Source of the DNA: Tubiluchus corallicola
Lineage: Eukaryota; Animalia; Priapulida
Direction of reading: 5' to 3'
Length of the DNA: 64,000 bases
Assembly: GCA_030141605.1 (NCBI GenBank)
Contig: JAQGDQ010000893.1
Location: 19,247-83,246, forward strand
This document shows positions 59,860-64,000 of the stretch, in pieces. A model generated the notes under the pieces. That model was given only the letters and a program-made list of their open reading frames with translations. It was not told the origin of the DNA and did no database searches. A program made the translations under genes and the position numbers. Every line of letters starts with the position of its first letter. The first letter of the stretch is position 1.

Positions 59860-62560
59860 TACCCAAGTGTGCATCTGTGAACGTTTTGGAATTATAAGCC
59901 TCCAAAATTGAGGACCATTTCGTGACCTTTTAGTGTCCCGGAATAGCGGGCCAAAATGCAACATTTTATAAAAATGTCCAAAATGATGTTAGGAATCATT
60001 CCTGAACGTTTTGCAGCTGTATCCAGTCAATCCCCTTTTTTCTCCTCACATACCGGACTACTAGTCTGTGGCCTCGATAAATGCCATTTTGCGAGCTTTG
60101 TTGCTCGCGGATTTTTATTCACCAAGAATCATGCTTAAACTTGTGTGTTCGACAAACTCGGACCGGGTTCAGTGCAACAATCTACGCCAGACAAAACAGA
60201 TCAAACCAATAAAAAGCAATGATTTTGTCACGTGTCAACTGGTATTAACCCGTTAACTATTGCTTTGACTGGCATTGAGTGCTCCATCCAAGATCTGTTG
60301 TGCGCGGGAAAATTTTGACTGCAACAATTTCTGTCAGACATTTTTGTTGGAAACAAAATTTATGCTATAGGGTTTGCGACAACGATTTAATGCAGAGATC
60401 CCAGGCAATACTGATGTTGAGATTAAACACTAAGGCACTTTATCAATCAGTCTATTTAGCTTAACACTAATTAGGATAAAATTAATGTAGCAGCCATAAA
60501 ACGACATGCAAAAGAATTGGCGATATTAAACAGTGTGTTGGGATTCTACTGTGATGGAGAGGCCAAGCAATGTAATCTGATAACTTGTTCATTTAAAGCA
60601 CAGACTAATTAAAACGACTTCTAGACTTTTATGCATTTTAGTCAGAGCATTGAATGATTGAAAAACAAAGTCATAAATAGATAACTGTAGTAATTATCCA
60701 AATATGACTTAATGGTTAGTTTACATTTAATTACGTTTGTTAAATTTAAAATCAAATGTGTCAGAAAAAAAGTGAAAATGCAAGTTGAGAAAATGTGACG
60801 AAGCTCTGAAGTTAAATGAAGTTAAGTAAACACTTAATGATAACATTTCCTTGTGGAGAATGTGGTAGTAAAGAGTTTAGCTCAGTACAAACAACAATTG
60901 TCTTAGACAAAACATTAAATTAATGTCCATGGAAAAATACGAAAATGCTTTTCTGATAAAAGTTGCTCAAAATAGGAACATCAGTGTCTATGTAGGAAAG
61001 CTGTCTTATTCAAGGTTGGTCATCAACCAGAAGTTCTCACGCTGCTAAAATTGCAGTAGAATCTCCTTAACCAGCTTTGCGTGTAGGAAGCAAACAGATT
61101 ATTAAAATTGTTCTTTGCGGGAGGGCGCAAGATGCGGCTTAGATAAACACTTCACGAGATTTATAATTTAGCTGCTCTTTTGTGTGCAGAGAGCAGGTCT
61201 CAGGTGGTGAAAAGCGGGGGTATTATCTTTTCGCCTCCTTTTTCGACCATTATAGAGGAAATTGTTGAAGATTACAATCTTTCTTTGTGTGCAGGGCGTG
61301 AACTCAAATACTTTACAGGATTTACAAAACCATTATAAGCTGCTCTTTGAGTGGAGAGAGCATCTCAGGTGGTCTGTAATTTGTTTTATTCTAATCCTCG
61401 CAGCTTTGAGTGCAGGGCGTGAACTCAAATACTTTACAGGATTTACATTATAAGCTGCTCTTTGAGTGGAGAGAGCATCTCAGGTGGTCTGTAATTTGGC
61501 ACGTTTTATTCTAATCGTCGCAGCTTTGAGAGCAAAGATGAAGTAAACTAATCATACGCATCATTTCCCGTCAGGATTTGAAAAAAAATCTCAGGTACAA
61601 ACTGGACTTTAATGACAAGTAGCTTTTGTAAAGTGAAAATTAGGGGTGGAATATTCTACCAAAAAGGAGCGCTCAAAGACAAAAAAACGACTACTACTTC
61701 AATTATTAAAATCTCTGACGCCCTGCGCAGACATGCAATTTTCAGTTGCTGAACTAGAAGTTTTTAAATGTGTTAAATAACTAAAACCCACAAGAGCGTG
61801 CAGATATATGCAACTAAAAATTGCGCAAATTACTGTTGCGTCTGAGCTCAAACGTTTAGTTGCTCAACTGTTTTATTTGAGTGAGCACAGACAGGCAATT
61901 TTTACCAAACACAATTGTTAAAGGAAGACAAGATGATTTTTAACATACCACCCCATTTTCAATTCCTATAAAAGTATACATTTTAACACAATTGATACTG
62001 CAAAAATATTTCTGATAATTAAATTATAAATTAAAAACTTGATTAATGGCGGGCGAGCCCAACTATTGATGAAATCACAAGTGGTCAAAAGGGGGGGGGT
62101 CATTATTTTCTGCGCTTTTTCCATCATTACCGAATTCCTGAGGAGATTATTGAAGATTAAAATCGCTCTCTGTGCGCAGGGCGTGAATCGCGTCCCAGCT
62201 CAACACATTTCAACTAACCTCCTCTTCGTGTGCAGAGAGCATGTCTCAAGTGGTCAAAAGCGGGGGTCATTATTTTCTGCGCTTTTTCCATTATTACTGA
62301 ATTCCTGGGGGAGATTATTGAAGATTAAAATCGCTCTCTGTGCGCAGGGCGTGAGCCGCGTCTCAGCTAAACACATTTTACCTCCTCTTCGTGTGCAGAG
62401 AGCAGGTCTCAAGTGGGTTGCAAGCGGGGGGTTTTTGTTCTTTTGAAAGATTTTAAAGCATCACAGCCTTGTGAGTGAAGTTGAAGTAAACTAATCATAC
62501 AGGAAACAGAATTAAGTAAAGAGAATTTAAAAACTATTTATAAAAGGTCACAAACTGCTG
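59860..62560 (+). repeat. Long modular dispersed repeat, copy E (composite of A-like and D-like parts)
   Basis: Reverse-complement matches to 18740-20710 and 49760-50820; contains several ~130-bp core modules. Confidence 0.85.
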
Positions 62561-62884
62561 GGTCAAAATAAATTTGTATTGTTTTACCGCCCCGTTCCCC
62601 CGCCATTATTAAATTTTGATCTACAGGAGTGAAATTTTAAATTAACTTTGATAAACAGGCCGCATATTCTGAATCCTTGAGTGAGTGAAAGTTTGAAAGT
62701 AAAACAGGGCTAAGCTCAGCCCTAAAACAATATACTCATACAGCAAATGACACAAAAATGATTAAAAACACCATATTTGACTTGAATCTTCATGGATTTG
62801 TCAAAACTATTTTTTATTTTCGATTTTTAAACGTTTCATACTGTGCTGCACGCTTGAAAAAAATTCGTCGACATCCTTGCGTAA

Positions 62885-62909
62885 CTTATTATTTTTATTA
62901 TTATTGTTG

Positions 62910-62941
<32 letters not shown>

Positions 62942-62945
62942 GTTG

Positions 62946-63022
<77 letters not shown>

Positions 63023-63040
63023 GTTGTTGTTGTTGTTATT

Positions 63041-63079
<39 letters not shown>

Positions 63080-63090
63080 TTTTTTTTTTA
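62885..63090. repeat. (TAT/TGT)n microsatellite
   Basis: Directly visible. Confidence 0.97.
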
Positions 63091-64000
63091 TGCACACGAA
63101 ATAAATACATGAGGAAAAAGGGAAACAGTAAAATTTTACAGCTATAATCAATATGAAGTTTGTGTCTACCACTGTGTGCCATGGATGACAGCAAGAACTA
63201 AATCCTTGGACTGGTCACTGCCTGTCATACATCAAGTAGTTGAGCTAAAAAAATGACATATTAAGAAATTGCACAAAATGGACAAGGAAAGTTACTTAAA
63301 ATACAAGAATTTACTAAATACTTACAATTTACAAAAATTTACAGTTTATTTAAATCTACAAATAGAAACTACGACAAACTGACAACGCAGCGTTACCCAC
63401 GCGTAAAGTCGACTAAAATTTAAGCTTTAAAAGGGAAGAAAAGGCTATATTAAAATATACCAAAAAAAACTTTCCATACAAAGTTGTATTACTTTGTGTT
63501 ACACTAACCTGCTTGAAAGACTTATGTAATTCAAAAAGAAAATTCTTAATAATTAAAAAATGTTCACGCCACCTGGTAAAACGACACTGCATCGCCATCC
63601 CAGTGTGCACCACTGATTCACCAAAATCACATTACTGACGTCAGTAACATATAAAGTAGTTTAAACGTTTACATAGTTAGTGAAGAGTACGCCAAGAAGG
63701 CTCTGATTATTCTTTCAAACTTTACGCAATGTCATCAAATGTTTTTCAAAAAGACGCCCTAAAATGGCAGCACCAAACGGTCATCACTGGATTTTAAAGT
63801 TACAAGCTTTATACTGCGTTACTGCTAACGCAACCTCTTTGCGTAATAACACAGCATGTGAGTGATATAAAATTTCAAGGCGATTTTTATACATTTTTTA
63901 TGAAAAGTGGTTTCTTGTGCTTTTAACGCCGCGTGTACGTACCTACTATACCAGCTATTTTTTAGCTTTCTGCTGTTTTATCATTATTATTGTTATTATT

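Noticed and set aside
62758-63172. Poly-Tyr, poly-Asn and poly-Leu ORFs
   Set aside because: They are translations of the (TAT)n microsatellite.

Overview
AT-rich, repeat-dense eukaryotic DNA, most likely from an invertebrate animal (GT-AG intron, BEL/Pao and LINE remnants, micro- and minisatellites, one 627-nt N gap). Every recognisable host gene between about 8 and 42 kb encodes a type II membrane, Golgi-type enzyme: three GT31 (beta-1,3-galactosyltransferase-family) genes or fragments, a GT10 alpha-1,3/4-fucosyltransferase, a CHST8-14-type (Sulfotransfer_2) carbohydrate sulfotransferase, and an unusual TM + EGF-like + SAM-methyltransferase ORF. Only the methyltransferase is clearly intact. 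The others carry stops or frameshifts, or are cut off where a minisatellite array begins. Five copies of one long modular non-coding repeat, in both orientations, form inverted pairs; one pair brackets the FUT/CHST/GT31 block. The right end holds a degenerate BEL/Pao retrotransposon. The best candidate for a new system is a clustered, fast-turnover glycan-decoration locus (galactosyl, fucosyl, sulfo and methyl transferases) embedded in long inverted repeats. All family calls are by motif recognition; no searches were run.
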